A stretch of DNA of 41,974 bases from Polyangiaceae bacterium. GTDB taxonomy: Bacteria; Myxococcota_A; Polyangia; Polyangiales; Polyangiaceae. A model generated the notes under the pieces. The model did not search any database. It worked only from the letters and a program-made list of their open reading frames with translations, and had not been told where the DNA came from. This document shows positions 19,209 through 27,801 of this stretch, one piece after another. The DNA is taken from the NCBI GenBank assembly GCA_050287085.1, contig JBNKBE010000022.1, forward strand, positions 58,738-100,711, given 5' to 3'. Both the position numbers and the translations under genes were made by a program. Within the stretch, counting starts at the first letter, position 1. Each line of letters opens with the position of its first letter.

Positions 19209-20063
19209 ATGATCATCGCCGTCACAGGAGCCACCGGACAGCTCGGACGTCTCGTGCTCGCAGCGCTACAAAAGAAAGTCGACCCCACATCCCTGGTCGG
19301 CCTCGCCCGCTCTCCGGAAAAGGCTGCAGACCTGGGTGTTCCCGTCCGTCCCGCAGACTACAACCGCCCGGAAACGCTGCGGGCGGCGCTGGACGGCGTT
19401 GACTGCCTCGTCCTGATCTCGGGCAGCGAGGTCGGCGAGCGTACGCGACAACACCAGAACGTGGTCGACGCAGCCAGCGCGGCGAAGGTCTCGCGCGTGG
19501 CCTATACCAGCCTACTGCACGCTGATACGTCTCCTATCGGCCTCGCCGACGAGCACCGGGCTACGGAGACGGCGCTGCGCGCGTCGGGCCTCCCGCACAC
19601 GCTGCTGCGCAATGGCTGGTACACGGAGAACTACACAGCTGGGCTCGGAGCGGCGCTCAGCCACGGAGCGGTCCTCGGCAGCGCCGGGGCGGGGCGGATC
19701 TCCGCCGCAACCCGGCAAGACTACGCCGAGGCGCTGGCGGCGGTAGCCTTGGACGATAAACACGCGGGCAAGACCTACGAACTCGCAGGCGACAGCGCCT
19801 TTTCGTTGGCGGAATTGGCCGCCGAAGTCTCCAAGCAGACCGGGCGCGAGATCCCCTATCGAGACCTTCCTGTGGCCGAATACGCAGCGATCCTGACGCA
19901 AGTTGGCCTGCCCGAGCCCATCGCGACGGGTATTGCCAGCTGGGATGCCTGTGCAGCGGAAGGAGCGCTCTTCGACGAGAGCCAACAGCTGTCCCAACTC
20001 ATCGGCAGACCCACCACCCCGCTGGCTACAGCTGTCCGCGCAGCACTCGCAGCCCAAGCGTGA
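19209..20063 (+). CDS. NAD(P)H-dependent quinone oxidoreductase, atypical SDR (QorB/YtfG-like)
   Basis: IAVTGATGQLG, YTSLLHADTS, EHRATE, LLRNGWYTENY, YELAGD, LIGRPTTPL. Good RBS. Confidence 0.9.
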   Translation: MIIAVTGATGQLGRLVLAALQKKVDPTSLVGLARSPEKAADLGVPVRPADYNRPETLRAALDGVDCLVLISGSEVGERTRQHQNVVDAASAAKVSRVAYTSLLHADTSPIGLADEHRATETALRASGLPHTLLRNGWYTENYTAGLGAALSHGAVLGSAGAGRISAATRQDYAEALAAVALDDKHAGKTYELAGDSAFSLAELAAEVSKQTGREIPYRDLPVAEYAAILTQVGLPEPIATGIASWDACAAEGALFDESQQLSQLIGRPTTPLATAVRAALAAQA

Positions 20064-20073
20064 TCCTTTGGCG

Positions 20074-20142
20074 GCGTGCGGACCCGCGACCCGGAGCGGG
20101 GTGGCATCCACCCCGCGACCCGGACCAGCGGGTCCGCCACGC
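20074..20142. terminator. Nested GC-rich stem-loop between convergent genes (possible bidirectional terminator or REP-like element)
   Basis: Outer arms GCGGACCCGC (20078-20087) and GCGGGTCCGC (20128-20137); inner GCGGGGTGG-CAT-CCACCCCGC (20096-20116). Confidence 0.5.
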
Positions 20143-20143
20143 G

Positions 20144-20881
20144 CTACACGCCGATCACGAGCCGCTGAGCAAAGTTGCGCTCCAGCCGGCGCTGCAGCAC
20201 TTTTTCGGAGGAAGCCTCAACGTCGTATTCGACGCGACGAAAGGCCAAGTGTCGCTCTTTACTGTCGAAGACAACAAAGCTCGCGCGGTTGTCAAAGTCG
20301 CGCGGCTGTCCGACAGAGCCCACGCTCACGATGTACTTCCGATCCCGGCGCAACGTGATGTCCCCCGCAGGCAGCTCGATCACCCCCTGCTGAGCCAGCT
20401 CAAACACCTTGCATAGGTGCGAATGGCCAATGAACGTGATCTGCGCCAGTTCATCCCACAGTGGCAGGCACTCACGGGCCTGGTCTGTCACGAAGATGTA
20501 CTCAAACTCTTCCAGCCGCACGGGCGAGCCATGACACAAGTCCACGTCGTGCTGGGGCAACTGCACTTTGTACGGCAGGCGCTCCAGCCACGCCATGTTC
20601 TCCGGAGAGATCAGATGGGTGTGGGTGTCGAGCGCGCGACGAGCCGCTTCGTAGTAGTAGGAGTAGTCCATTCGGCCAGCAACGGCCGCGTCATGATTGC
20701 CAACGACTCCGGCGCTCGCGAGTTCGCGCATGATCGTCACGCACTCCTGCGGCGAACCGCCATAGCCCACGGTGTCGCCCAGGCAGTAGTACTCGTCGAT
20801 GGGCTCCTGGCGCAGCTCCGCCAACACCGCACTCAACGCCTCGTAGTTGGCGTGAATGTCACTGAGAATGGCGAGACGCAT
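20144..20881 (-). CDS. Calcineurin-like metallophosphoesterase
   Basis: SDIHAN, LGDTVGYG, GNHD, CHGSP, GHSH, SVGSVGQPRD. Start at 20881. Confidence 0.9.
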   Translation of the reverse strand: MRLAILSDIHANYEALSAVLAELRQEPIDEYYCLGDTVGYGGSPQECVTIMRELASAGVVGNHDAAVAGRMDYSYYYEAARRALDTHTHLISPENMAWLERLPYKVQLPQHDVDLCHGSPVRLEEFEYIFVTDQARECLPLWDELAQITFIGHSHLCKVFELAQQGVIELPAGDITLRRDRKYIVSVGSVGQPRDFDNRASFVVFDSKERHLAFRRVEYDVEASSEKVLQRRLERNFAQRLVIGV

Positions 20882-21057
20882 GAAAGCGAAGTGTTGTCGG
20901 GACGGGCGGAACACGCAAGGGATGCACGCCCGCTTCTCGAGGGCCGGCTTCTCGACCGCCCCAGGCTGGGTCGCGGCGTGCTACCGGTGAGCGACGCCCC
21001 CCACCGCGACGCCGGCGCTGGTGCCACGAGCGCAAGAGACTGCTATGGGACGCCGCG

Positions 21058-21876
21058 ATGTCCCCCTCCGCCCCCGCTTCGCCTGACTTCCGCGTCCTAT
21101 CCTGGAACGTCAACGGGATCCGCGCAGCGGTCAATAAGGGCCTGATGGCCAGCCTCAAGCGCCTGCAACCGACCGTCGCCGGACTGCAGGAAGTGCGGGC
21201 GCAGCGCGAGCAATTTCCGCCCGCACTACTCCGCTCTCGGACCTACACGGTGTCGGTCCAAGCCGCTGAGCGTCCCGGATATAGCGGTGTTGCCCTGCTG
21301 CAGCGAAGAGCCGCCGACGACATCGACGCCCGTCTCGAGGTGCCGGAATTCGACCTCGAGGGCCGCTTTCAGCTCGCGCGCTTTGGAGCTCTCTACATCG
21401 CCAACGTCTACTTCCCGAACGGCAGCGGAAAGGAGCGGGACAACAGCCGAGTGCCCTACAAGCTAGCCTTCTACCGCCGCGTCTTTGAGCGACTTGCACC
21501 GCACGCGGACGCCGGGGCTCCGGTCTTGGTCATGGGTGACTTCAATACAGCCCACCAGGAACTCGACCTGGCTCGACCCAAGCAAAACGCGACAACCAGC
21601 GGCTTTCTGCCGGACGAACGCGCCGAGCTGGACCGTTGGCTGCGCTCCGGCTGGGTCGACACGTTCCGGCATTTCGAATCCGGGGGGGGTCACTACACCT
21701 GGTGGAGTCAACGCGTTGGGGTCCGCGAGCGCAACGTTGGGTGGCGGATCGACTACGTGCTGGCCTCGCCTGGCGCCATGCCCTTCCTGCGCGCCGCGCA
21801 GATTCACCCGTCCGTTCTGGGCTCTGATCACTGCCCCATCAGCGTCGACCTCGATCCGGCGGTGTTGGGGCACTGA
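21058..21876 (+). CDS. xth: Exodeoxyribonuclease III (AP endonuclease)
   Basis: SWNVNGIRA, LQE, GYSGVA, YFPNG, GDFN, YTWWS, GWRIDY, SDHCP. Confidence 0.93.
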   Translation: MSPSAPASPDFRVLSWNVNGIRAAVNKGLMASLKRLQPTVAGLQEVRAQREQFPPALLRSRTYTVSVQAAERPGYSGVALLQRRAADDIDARLEVPEFDLEGRFQLARFGALYIANVYFPNGSGKERDNSRVPYKLAFYRRVFERLAPHADAGAPVLVMGDFNTAHQELDLARPKQNATTSGFLPDERAELDRWLRSGWVDTFRHFESGGGHYTWWSQRVGVRERNVGWRIDYVLASPGAMPFLRAAQIHPSVLGSDHCPISVDLDPAVLGH

Positions 21877-21923
21877 GTTCCCGGAAGTCCCGCGACGCCC
21901 AGGGTCTCACTGCAGCGAGTTTA

Positions 21924-21965
21924 GGGTCGAGAAGCGGGACGCCGAGGCTCGGCGCGTCTCGACCC
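21924..21965. terminator. Stem-loop between convergent xth and nth
   Basis: Outer arms GGGTCGAGA (21924-21932) and TCTCGACCC (21957-21965) enclose CGCCGA-GGC-TCGGCG. Confidence 0.4.
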
Positions 21966-22165
21966 AATACCATTCCTTTCGCCGCCCTGCTGATGGGACA
22001 GTCGGTCGCGAGCCAGTCCCGACCGCCGCGGGGTGGGCGCGTGAAGAGCGAACACCGCAGGGCTACTGCAGTCGCCCTTAGAGCAGAGCGAGGAGCCCGA
22101 CCGCCGCAGCGAGAGGATCGGCCGGCGCAACATGGCTTTCCCAGTCGCGGGCCCCAAGGACCGAG

Positions 22166-22843
22166 TCAGGCGCGCTTGCGAGCCTTGGCCGACTGGGCGC
22201 GCGCCTCGTCTGCAATCCGGCGCTTCGAGGCGGCCCACCCGCAGATGGGACACGCGGCCAGATCGTGTCCTCTTGCCGGACAATACTCGCGCCCAAAGTA
22301 GATGATTTGGAGGTGCAGCTTGTTCCAGCAGGTCTCGGGAAACAACCCTTTCAGATCGCGTTCGGTCCGCTCCACCGTTGTGCCGTTTGACAGACCCCAG
22401 CGCGCGGCCAGTCGATGAATATGGGTATCGACCGGAAACGCGGGGACGCCGAAGGCCTGTGCCATCACGACTGAAGCGGTCTTATGCCCCACGCCCGCCA
22501 GCGCTTCCAAGGAGTCCATATCCGCGGGTACGACGCCGTCATGGCGCTCAACTAGCTGCTTGGCTGCGGACACCAGGTTCTTCGCTTTTGTGGGCGCCAA
22601 ACCGACGTCGCGGATCAGCGCAAGCACTCGTTCGACCTCGAGCGCGGCCATCGCTGCGGGTGTGTGCGCCAGTGCAAAGAGCGCCGGCGTCACCTGATTG
22701 ACTTTCTTGTCGGTGGTCTGCGCCGAAAGCGCCACCGCCACCAACAAGGTGTAGGGGTCGGAGTGGTCGAGCGGGATTGGAGGCGCAGGATAGAGCTGCT
22801 CCAACTGCTCGCGAATGCGGGCCGCCTTCTCGAGTCGAGTCAT
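22166..22843 (-). CDS. nth: Endonuclease III (HhH-GPD DNA glycosylase/AP lyase)
   Basis: LLVAVALSAQTTDKKVN, HhH LAGVGHKTASVV, PVDTHIHR, HLQIIYFGREYC. Confidence 0.93.
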   Translation of the reverse strand: MTRLEKAARIREQLEQLYPAPPIPLDHSDPYTLLVAVALSAQTTDKKVNQVTPALFALAHTPAAMAALEVERVLALIRDVGLAPTKAKNLVSAAKQLVERHDGVVPADMDSLEALAGVGHKTASVVMAQAFGVPAFPVDTHIHRLAARWGLSNGTTVERTERDLKGLFPETCWNKLHLQIIYFGREYCPARGHDLAACPICGWAASKRRIADEARAQSAKARKRA

Positions 22844-22944
22844 GCCAGACGTGTGTTACACCAGGACGGAGCAACGCGCTTTCACCAAGAGCACCTCACG
22901 GGGCCAGCGGCACAACCGGCTGCTCGGAGGCGAGACGCGGCACC
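22808..22944. repeat. Direct repeat copy A (~137 bp): functional nth 5' end, spacer, and remnant of the LLM gene 3' end
   Basis: Aligns to 25349-25483 with about 13 substitutions and one 2-nt indel (hand count). Minus strand reads VPRLASEQPVVPLAP* versus the real LLM end VPHFASEQPVVPLVP*. Confidence 0.92.
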
Positions 22945-23108
22945 CGCGCCCGCCCCCGCGAACCCCACAAAGTGTCGACGACCAGTCCTCGGGACGAGAA
23001 GCCAGGAGACAGCGGGCAGCGCTGAGTGAGACTTCCCGAGATTCATCGACATTGGCCGCCTGGTCACAGCGCTCTTCAGCCGCGGCGAAAGCGGACGTCC
23101 GCGGCAAC

Positions 23109-24080
23109 TTAACCAGTCTCGCCGGCTCCGCCTGCACCTCCCGCACCTGCCCCTCCGCCGCCGGGAGCGATGTCACCGCACTGCACGCCGTCCGCGGTGG
23201 CGCCCACGACTAGGAACCCGGCCTCGAGCAGCGTCGCGGTAACAAAGCCTGCGTTGAGGTAGCTATCGCCCAACGGCGTGAACACTTCGCCGTCCGCGGA
23301 ATGATACAGCGCGATGGCGTCCGGGGAGTACCCACCACCCGCGTTCGAGATCGGCACGCGAACGTCGAGCGCAGGCAACGAGCCCGTCGCCGCGAGCCAG
23401 AACACGGGGGAGAGATCTGCTACGCCGAGGGGCGGCGCGTTGATCGTCTCCACGAGCAGCACCGCGACTTCCGCCTCAGGGGTCGTGAGGGCTCTGATCT
23501 GGAAAGAGACGCCCAGCGTAGCTGGCGTGCCGCTCAAACTGACGATGTCACCGGCCGCTGTCAGGATCCCTTCTTTGCGTTGATCCGATCCAGGGGGGCA
23601 CATCGCTGAGATGGAGCCCTCGGGACTTCGAGTGCAGCATCCGGTGACTGCCTCGATGTCGAACGGTTCGAGGTCCAGAGCCGCACCGCGCACGTCCGGG
23701 GGCACCAAATCATCGAGCACCGAGTCTGTCGCCGCCCCCGCCACGCCGCTGTCGGTTTCAACCATCGCAGGGGCGATGTCGGCCGACAGCACGCATGCCT
23801 GAACGCTCGCTTGTGATGAAGAACACTGACTCGAAAGGACGTTCGCAGCGCCGCAAGCGACATCGTCACCGAGATCGCGACAATCCTTGTCCCGCGCGCA
23901 GGCGGCGGAGCAACGACCACAGAAGCAGCTCAGTCCCTCACCGCAGGGGATGTCATCGCTGCAGCGCGCGAGGAAGTGCGTGCTGCTGCCGGAACCCTCG
24001 GTGGCCCCGCCACACGCTGGCTGAAGAGCCGCGAGGGAAGCCAGGACCAGCGTGGAAAGGCGAAGGCGTAACTCACTCAT
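23109..24080 (-). CDS. Hypothetical Cys-rich lipoprotein
   Basis: Signal peptide ending QPAC, then STHFLARC and a Cys-rich module; beta-rich C-terminal domain and Gly-rich tail. Abuts the upstream gene (24080/24081). Confidence 0.7.
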   Translation of the reverse strand: MSELRLRLSTLVLASLAALQPACGGATEGSGSSTHFLARCSDDIPCGEGLSCFCGRCSAACARDKDCRDLGDDVACGAANVLSSQCSSSQASVQACVLSADIAPAMVETDSGVAGAATDSVLDDLVPPDVRGAALDLEPFDIEAVTGCCTRSPEGSISAMCPPGSDQRKEGILTAAGDIVSLSGTPATLGVSFQIRALTTPEAEVAVLLVETINAPPLGVADLSPVFWLAATGSLPALDVRVPISNAGGGYSPDAIALYHSADGEVFTPLGDSYLNAGFVTATLLEAGFLVVGATADGVQCGDIAPGGGGAGAGGAGGAGETG

Positions 24081-25076
24081 TCAAGAACTCTCGTTTTCTG
24101 AAGGCTGCTCGGAGCCGACGGGGCTGTGTGGATCGAGGGTCGACTGACCCACGTAGTAGGTGATCTTCAACGCGTCTTCGGGCGGTGGCGTGACCTCGTT
24201 GACGGCCATGACGCGGTCCCAGAGGGCCTGCGCGTCGCTCCGCGAGCGCTCGAGCAAGCCCATGACCTCGTCGAATAGCGGGTGCTCCGGAGTCATTTTG
24301 AACGAGAACGTCGAACCACCGGTCCCCTTCGACCCTTCACCGGCCCTCACGCGCTCAGTGATGACGTTGGCCACTGCGCGGAAGTGATCGACGAGCGCGG
24401 TTTCCAACCCTTCGCTGCTCCCCGCTGGAATCGTCAGGTTCACGGCCTGCAACTGGTCACCGACGCGCGTAACGCGACCGGTGCTTTCGAGCTCCCGGAG
24501 GACCGCCTGCACGCGTTCCGGCTCGACGCGCAGCTGCTCTTCGAGCTGCGGCGCCGTGGACGCTTCGCCGTGGAAGATCTTGAACCAGACGTAATGCAGT
24601 AGCGCGTCCGCGTCCGAGGACGCCTGCACGAACTCCCGCACGCGCGCGCTATTTTCACCATACACAGCGGTGTGGCCGCTCCCTGTCACGTACACGAGAC
24701 CGGAGCGCAGCAGGTCCGCGAGCACTGCCGCCACCTCACGCTTGCCGTCGTTGCGAAAGCGCTCCTCGATGCGCTGCCGCGTTGCCTCACCGCTGCGAAT
24801 AAAGTGGTACACGGCTTCCCACAGCGTCCGCTCAGCGACCGAGGCGCTCTCCATCAGGCGCTGAGTTTTCTTCTGGTAGGATCGGAGGGCCAGCCCAAAC
24901 ATGTCCGCCGCCAGCACCCGGCGCACCCCCTGTTGCTCGAGTTCCCGCGCGAGCTCCAAAAAGACCTGATCCGCAATATGGCCGAGCGGGGAACGCACCC
25001 CCGGGCTGGTCGACAGCCGCGCGATCAGGACGGTGGTCTGCTGAACGATGCCGTCGATTAGTAGCTTGAGATGCAT
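24081..25076 (-). CDS. Hypothetical protein with probable HTH/winged-helix segments (putative regulator)
   Basis: MHLKLLIDGIVQQTTVLIARLST... HTH-like VLAADMFGLALRSYQKK; wHTH-like VAAVLADLLRSGLV and VQAVLRELESTGRV. Start at 25076. Confidence 0.65.
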   Translation of the reverse strand: MHLKLLIDGIVQQTTVLIARLSTSPGVRSPLGHIADQVFLELARELEQQGVRRVLAADMFGLALRSYQKKTQRLMESASVAERTLWEAVYHFIRSGEATRQRIEERFRNDGKREVAAVLADLLRSGLVYVTGSGHTAVYGENSARVREFVQASSDADALLHYVWFKIFHGEASTAPQLEEQLRVEPERVQAVLRELESTGRVTRVGDQLQAVNLTIPAGSSEGLETALVDHFRAVANVITERVRAGEGSKGTGGSTFSFKMTPEHPLFDEVMGLLERSRSDAQALWDRVMAVNEVTPPPEDALKITYYVGQSTLDPHSPVGSEQPSENESS

Positions 25077-25348
25077 GAACTGGCCTTGAGTCCCAGATCC
25101 TACACCACGCAACATCAACACGCATGATGCCCCCGGATTCACCAAAGCGAGGCGCCCCATGCCCCGCGCTCTGAAAGCTGCCCGATCCGGCGGCGCGCAG
25201 GCCGAGAGCCCCAAATATTGGGTTCGCACGCCACACGCTGCGCTGAGCCTCACCCAGCTCCACTTCGCAATGGGAATGGACGTTCAAGCGTTCGACAGGC
25301 TGTAAGAGCTGCTCACGCCGCTGGCTCCCCGCACGTCGAGATGGAGCC

Positions 25349-25483
25349 CTCGCGAATGGGCCGCCTTCTCGAGTCGAGTCACACCAGACGCGTGTCACAC
25401 CGGGACGGGGCAACGCGCACTCACCAAGAGCACCTCACGGGACTAGCGGCACAACCGGCTGCTCGGAGGCGAAATGCGGTACC
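25349..25483. repeat. Direct repeat copy B (~135 bp): frameshifted nth 5' remnant, spacer, and functional LLM 3' end
   Basis: Minus strand reads GTG-ACT-CGA-CTC-GAG-AAG-GCG-GCC (V/M-TRLEKAA, the nth N-terminus) followed by a 2-nt deletion. Offset from copy A is 2539 bp. Confidence 0.92.
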
Positions 25484-26457
25484 ACGCTGGCCCCCATGAG
25501 CTCCAGGGCATCCGACAGGGCTCCGAAGGGCATGCCCCCCACGTCCATGAGCAAGATGTGGCTGTCGAGCCCCAGCAGCTCATTGACGTAAGCGAGCCGC
25601 TCCACGACTTCCGAGGGTGAACCGCAAATTGCGGGGCCCCGGAGCAGGCTCTCGAAGTCCATCGGACGCCCAAACCCTTTGCGTACCTGACGCGCAAACT
25701 CCACGTAATGCTCCAAGCGGGGACGCCATTGTTGACGAGCCTCTTGGCTCGTCTGGGCCACCCAGCAGTAGCTGGGCATCGCCACGATCGGACGCGCATC
25801 CGCCGCGGCCATCCCTTCTCGATAGCGGTCGACCATCGGCAGATAGTCTTCCGGATAGCGAAATAGGCTCGGCAAGATGAGCGGCAAGCGGTGACGTATC
25901 GCCAAGTCGCAGGAGGCATTGCTCAAGCCGCCCCCGATCCAGAGCGGAGGCATCCGCAGTGGTCGCGGCCGCACCGGAAGGGGTCTCTCGCCGATCTGCC
26001 GGTCGATCTCACCACTGCGTAGCACGCTGGCCAGCGTCGCAAGCTTCTCCGCCATCAGTTCGTATACGTTGTCCGCGCGTACCCCAAAGAGCTCCGCACC
26101 GTCGAACGACACTCCTCGGGCAAAGCAAAGCTCGATCCGCCCCTCCGACAGACAATCGAGAACGCCGATGTCTTCCGCTAGCTGAACCGCGTCGCGGCAA
26201 GCTAATAACGTAACCGAAGTAAATAGCCGTATGCGCTCTGTCTTTACTGCCGCTGCCGCCAACACCAGATTCGCGTTGGGAAGCATGTAGTCGCTGAAGT
26301 GGTGTTCACCCACGGCGAAGCGTTCAAACCCAGCACGCTCCGCCAGTACCGCCTGGTCGACAAGCTGTCGAAGCCGCTGCGACGGACTCACCCGAGCTCC
26401 GGTCACAGGGTCGCCAAGGTGGTCGACCAAGCTCAAGACGCCGAGTTGAGTAGTCAT
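25435..26457 (-). CDS. LLM-class flavin-dependent oxidoreductase (luciferase-like monooxygenase)
   Basis: AERAGFERFAVGEHHF, LAAAAVKTERIRL, AEDIGVLDCLSEGRIEL..ARG, PPLWIGG, GSPSEVVE. Confidence 0.9.
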   Translation of the reverse strand: MTTQLGVLSLVDHLGDPVTGARVSPSQRLRQLVDQAVLAERAGFERFAVGEHHFSDYMLPNANLVLAAAAVKTERIRLFTSVTLLACRDAVQLAEDIGVLDCLSEGRIELCFARGVSFDGAELFGVRADNVYELMAEKLATLASVLRSGEIDRQIGERPLPVRPRPLRMPPLWIGGGLSNASCDLAIRHRLPLILPSLFRYPEDYLPMVDRYREGMAAADARPIVAMPSYCWVAQTSQEARQQWRPRLEHYVEFARQVRKGFGRPMDFESLLRGPAICGSPSEVVERLAYVNELLGLDSHILLMDVGGMPFGALSDALELMGASVVPHFASEQPVVPLVP

Positions 26458-26561
26458 AACGCAGCAACGAGCAAGCGCCTACGTTGTACCGACTCGGATC
26501 TGTGGCGTCCAGCTGCAATCCCGCTCGCGGCGCGGTAGGCACATTGGCACTACTTCTCTGA

Positions 26562-26597
26562 CTATCCAGGACTACGCAAGCTATCCAGGACTACGCA
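26562..26597. repeat. Short direct repeat CTATCCAGGACTACGCA x2 (19-bp period) upstream of the LLM gene
   Basis: Copies at 26562-26578 and 26581-26597. Confidence 0.85.
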
Positions 26598-26688
26598 CGG
26601 GCTCCAGAGGACTCGCCCGCGCTCACGCCGACGTCCCACGTTGCGCCTCGACTCGACGTTGGCGGTTGCGAGCCCCGGGCGCAAAGGC

Positions 26689-27801
26689 TTAGCCAGAAGC
26701 CGCTTCTGACGACGCGACGGCGCGCCAGGAGTGACCTACATCCTGTTCCAGGACAGCCTCGACCGAAAGCTCGAGCTCGCGTTCAATCACACGGCTCACG
26801 CGGCAGGAGCGCCCCAGGTTCTGCTCGAGAAACTCGGCAATCATCGCTGGAAACCAGCCCACCATGCCACGACTGGGCGCCACATGGGACCTGGCAGCCA
26901 CGATCAGCCCCTCTTGAGTTGCGTGGACTTCCGCCGCCGCAAATAGCCCACACTCCAGCAGCAACGCCTGCAGCGCGGCGCCAGCAGCAGCCAAGTCCGC
27001 TAGCTTCTTGCCACCCGCTGGCGCTTTCAGCCGCAAGGCGAGCGGCGCAGCGTCCCCCAGCGCTAGCGTCAGAGCGCTCCACAGGGCTTCTTCAACCCGT
27101 TGGTGCCCGCCCGAACGCTGTGATAGCAGCTCTTTTGCGCGCGCGTTGGTCCCCTCGAGTTCCCGGGCGCTTGCCAGCTCGCGCTCCTGCTCACGCTGAC
27201 GCTCGACGCGCAGCTCCTCGAGCAGAGCCTGATGCTGGACCTGCAAGGTCGACAACGCCTGACGTGCGGAGCGCAGCTCCGTCGTGGCGGTGTCCAGAGC
27301 TTGCCGTTCCGCACCCGCGGACTCCAGCTGTCGCTTGCTCTCGAGCAGGGAAGACCGAAGCGAATCCGCCTCCACCGAGCGCTCGCGAGCTTGCGCAAGC
27401 TCTTCTCTCGCCGCGGTCAAAGCCTCCTCCAAGCTCCGCTGCTCCCGCTCGAGCCGAGCCGAGCGGGTCATGGCCGCGGAAGCTTTGCGACCGGCGCGCG
27501 CCTGTTCTTGTTTTGCAACTTCGAGCGCGTGCTCAAGAGCCACGACCTGCGCGTTCTTCTGCTCGCGCAGCTGCTGCATCTCCCCAAGGTGCTGCTCAGC
27601 CTGACCCAGCAACTGAGAACGCACGGCGTCCAATGTGCGCTCCTGTTGCTCAAACGCCCTACGCGCCGTCGCAAGGGCCTCCCTCAGCTCCTCAACGCTC
27701 TGTGCCGAGTCCGGCTGAGGCCCAGCGCGATGGGAGTTCGAAGCACCGTCACCACCAAGGAGCCGCTGAAACCAGGAAGCGTGTTCCCTGTCGTCACTCA
27801 C
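26689..27801 (-). CDS. Coiled-coil protein with a small globular C-terminal domain
   Basis: About 200 aa of E/Q/R/A/L heptad-rich sequence after SWFQRLLGG. Start overlaps the upstream stop (GTGA). Confidence 0.7.
   Translation of the reverse strand: MSDDREHASWFQRLLGGDGASNSHRAGPQPDSAQSVEELREALATARRAFEQQERTLDAVRSQLLGQAEQHLGEMQQLREQKNAQVVALEHALEVAKQEQARAGRKASAAMTRSARLEREQRSLEEALTAAREELAQARERSVEADSLRSSLLESKRQLESAGAERQALDTATTELRSARQALSTLQVQHQALLEELRVERQREQERELASARELEGTNARAKELLSQRSGGHQRVEEALWSALTLALGDAAPLALRLKAPAGGKKLADLAAAGAALQALLLECGLFAAAEVHATQEGLIVAARSHVAPSRGMVGWFPAMIAEFLEQNLGRSCRVSRVIERELELSVEAVLEQDVGHSWRAVASSEAASG

Noticed and set aside
21877..22165. ncRNA or small gene between xth and nth
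   Set aside because: Only a hairpin is evident. The short ORFs lack features and no known RNA family was recognisable.
22945..25348. IS element, transposon or prophage
   Set aside because: No transposase, integrase or phage gene and no terminal inverted repeats were seen. Reported as a repeat-flanked cassette instead.
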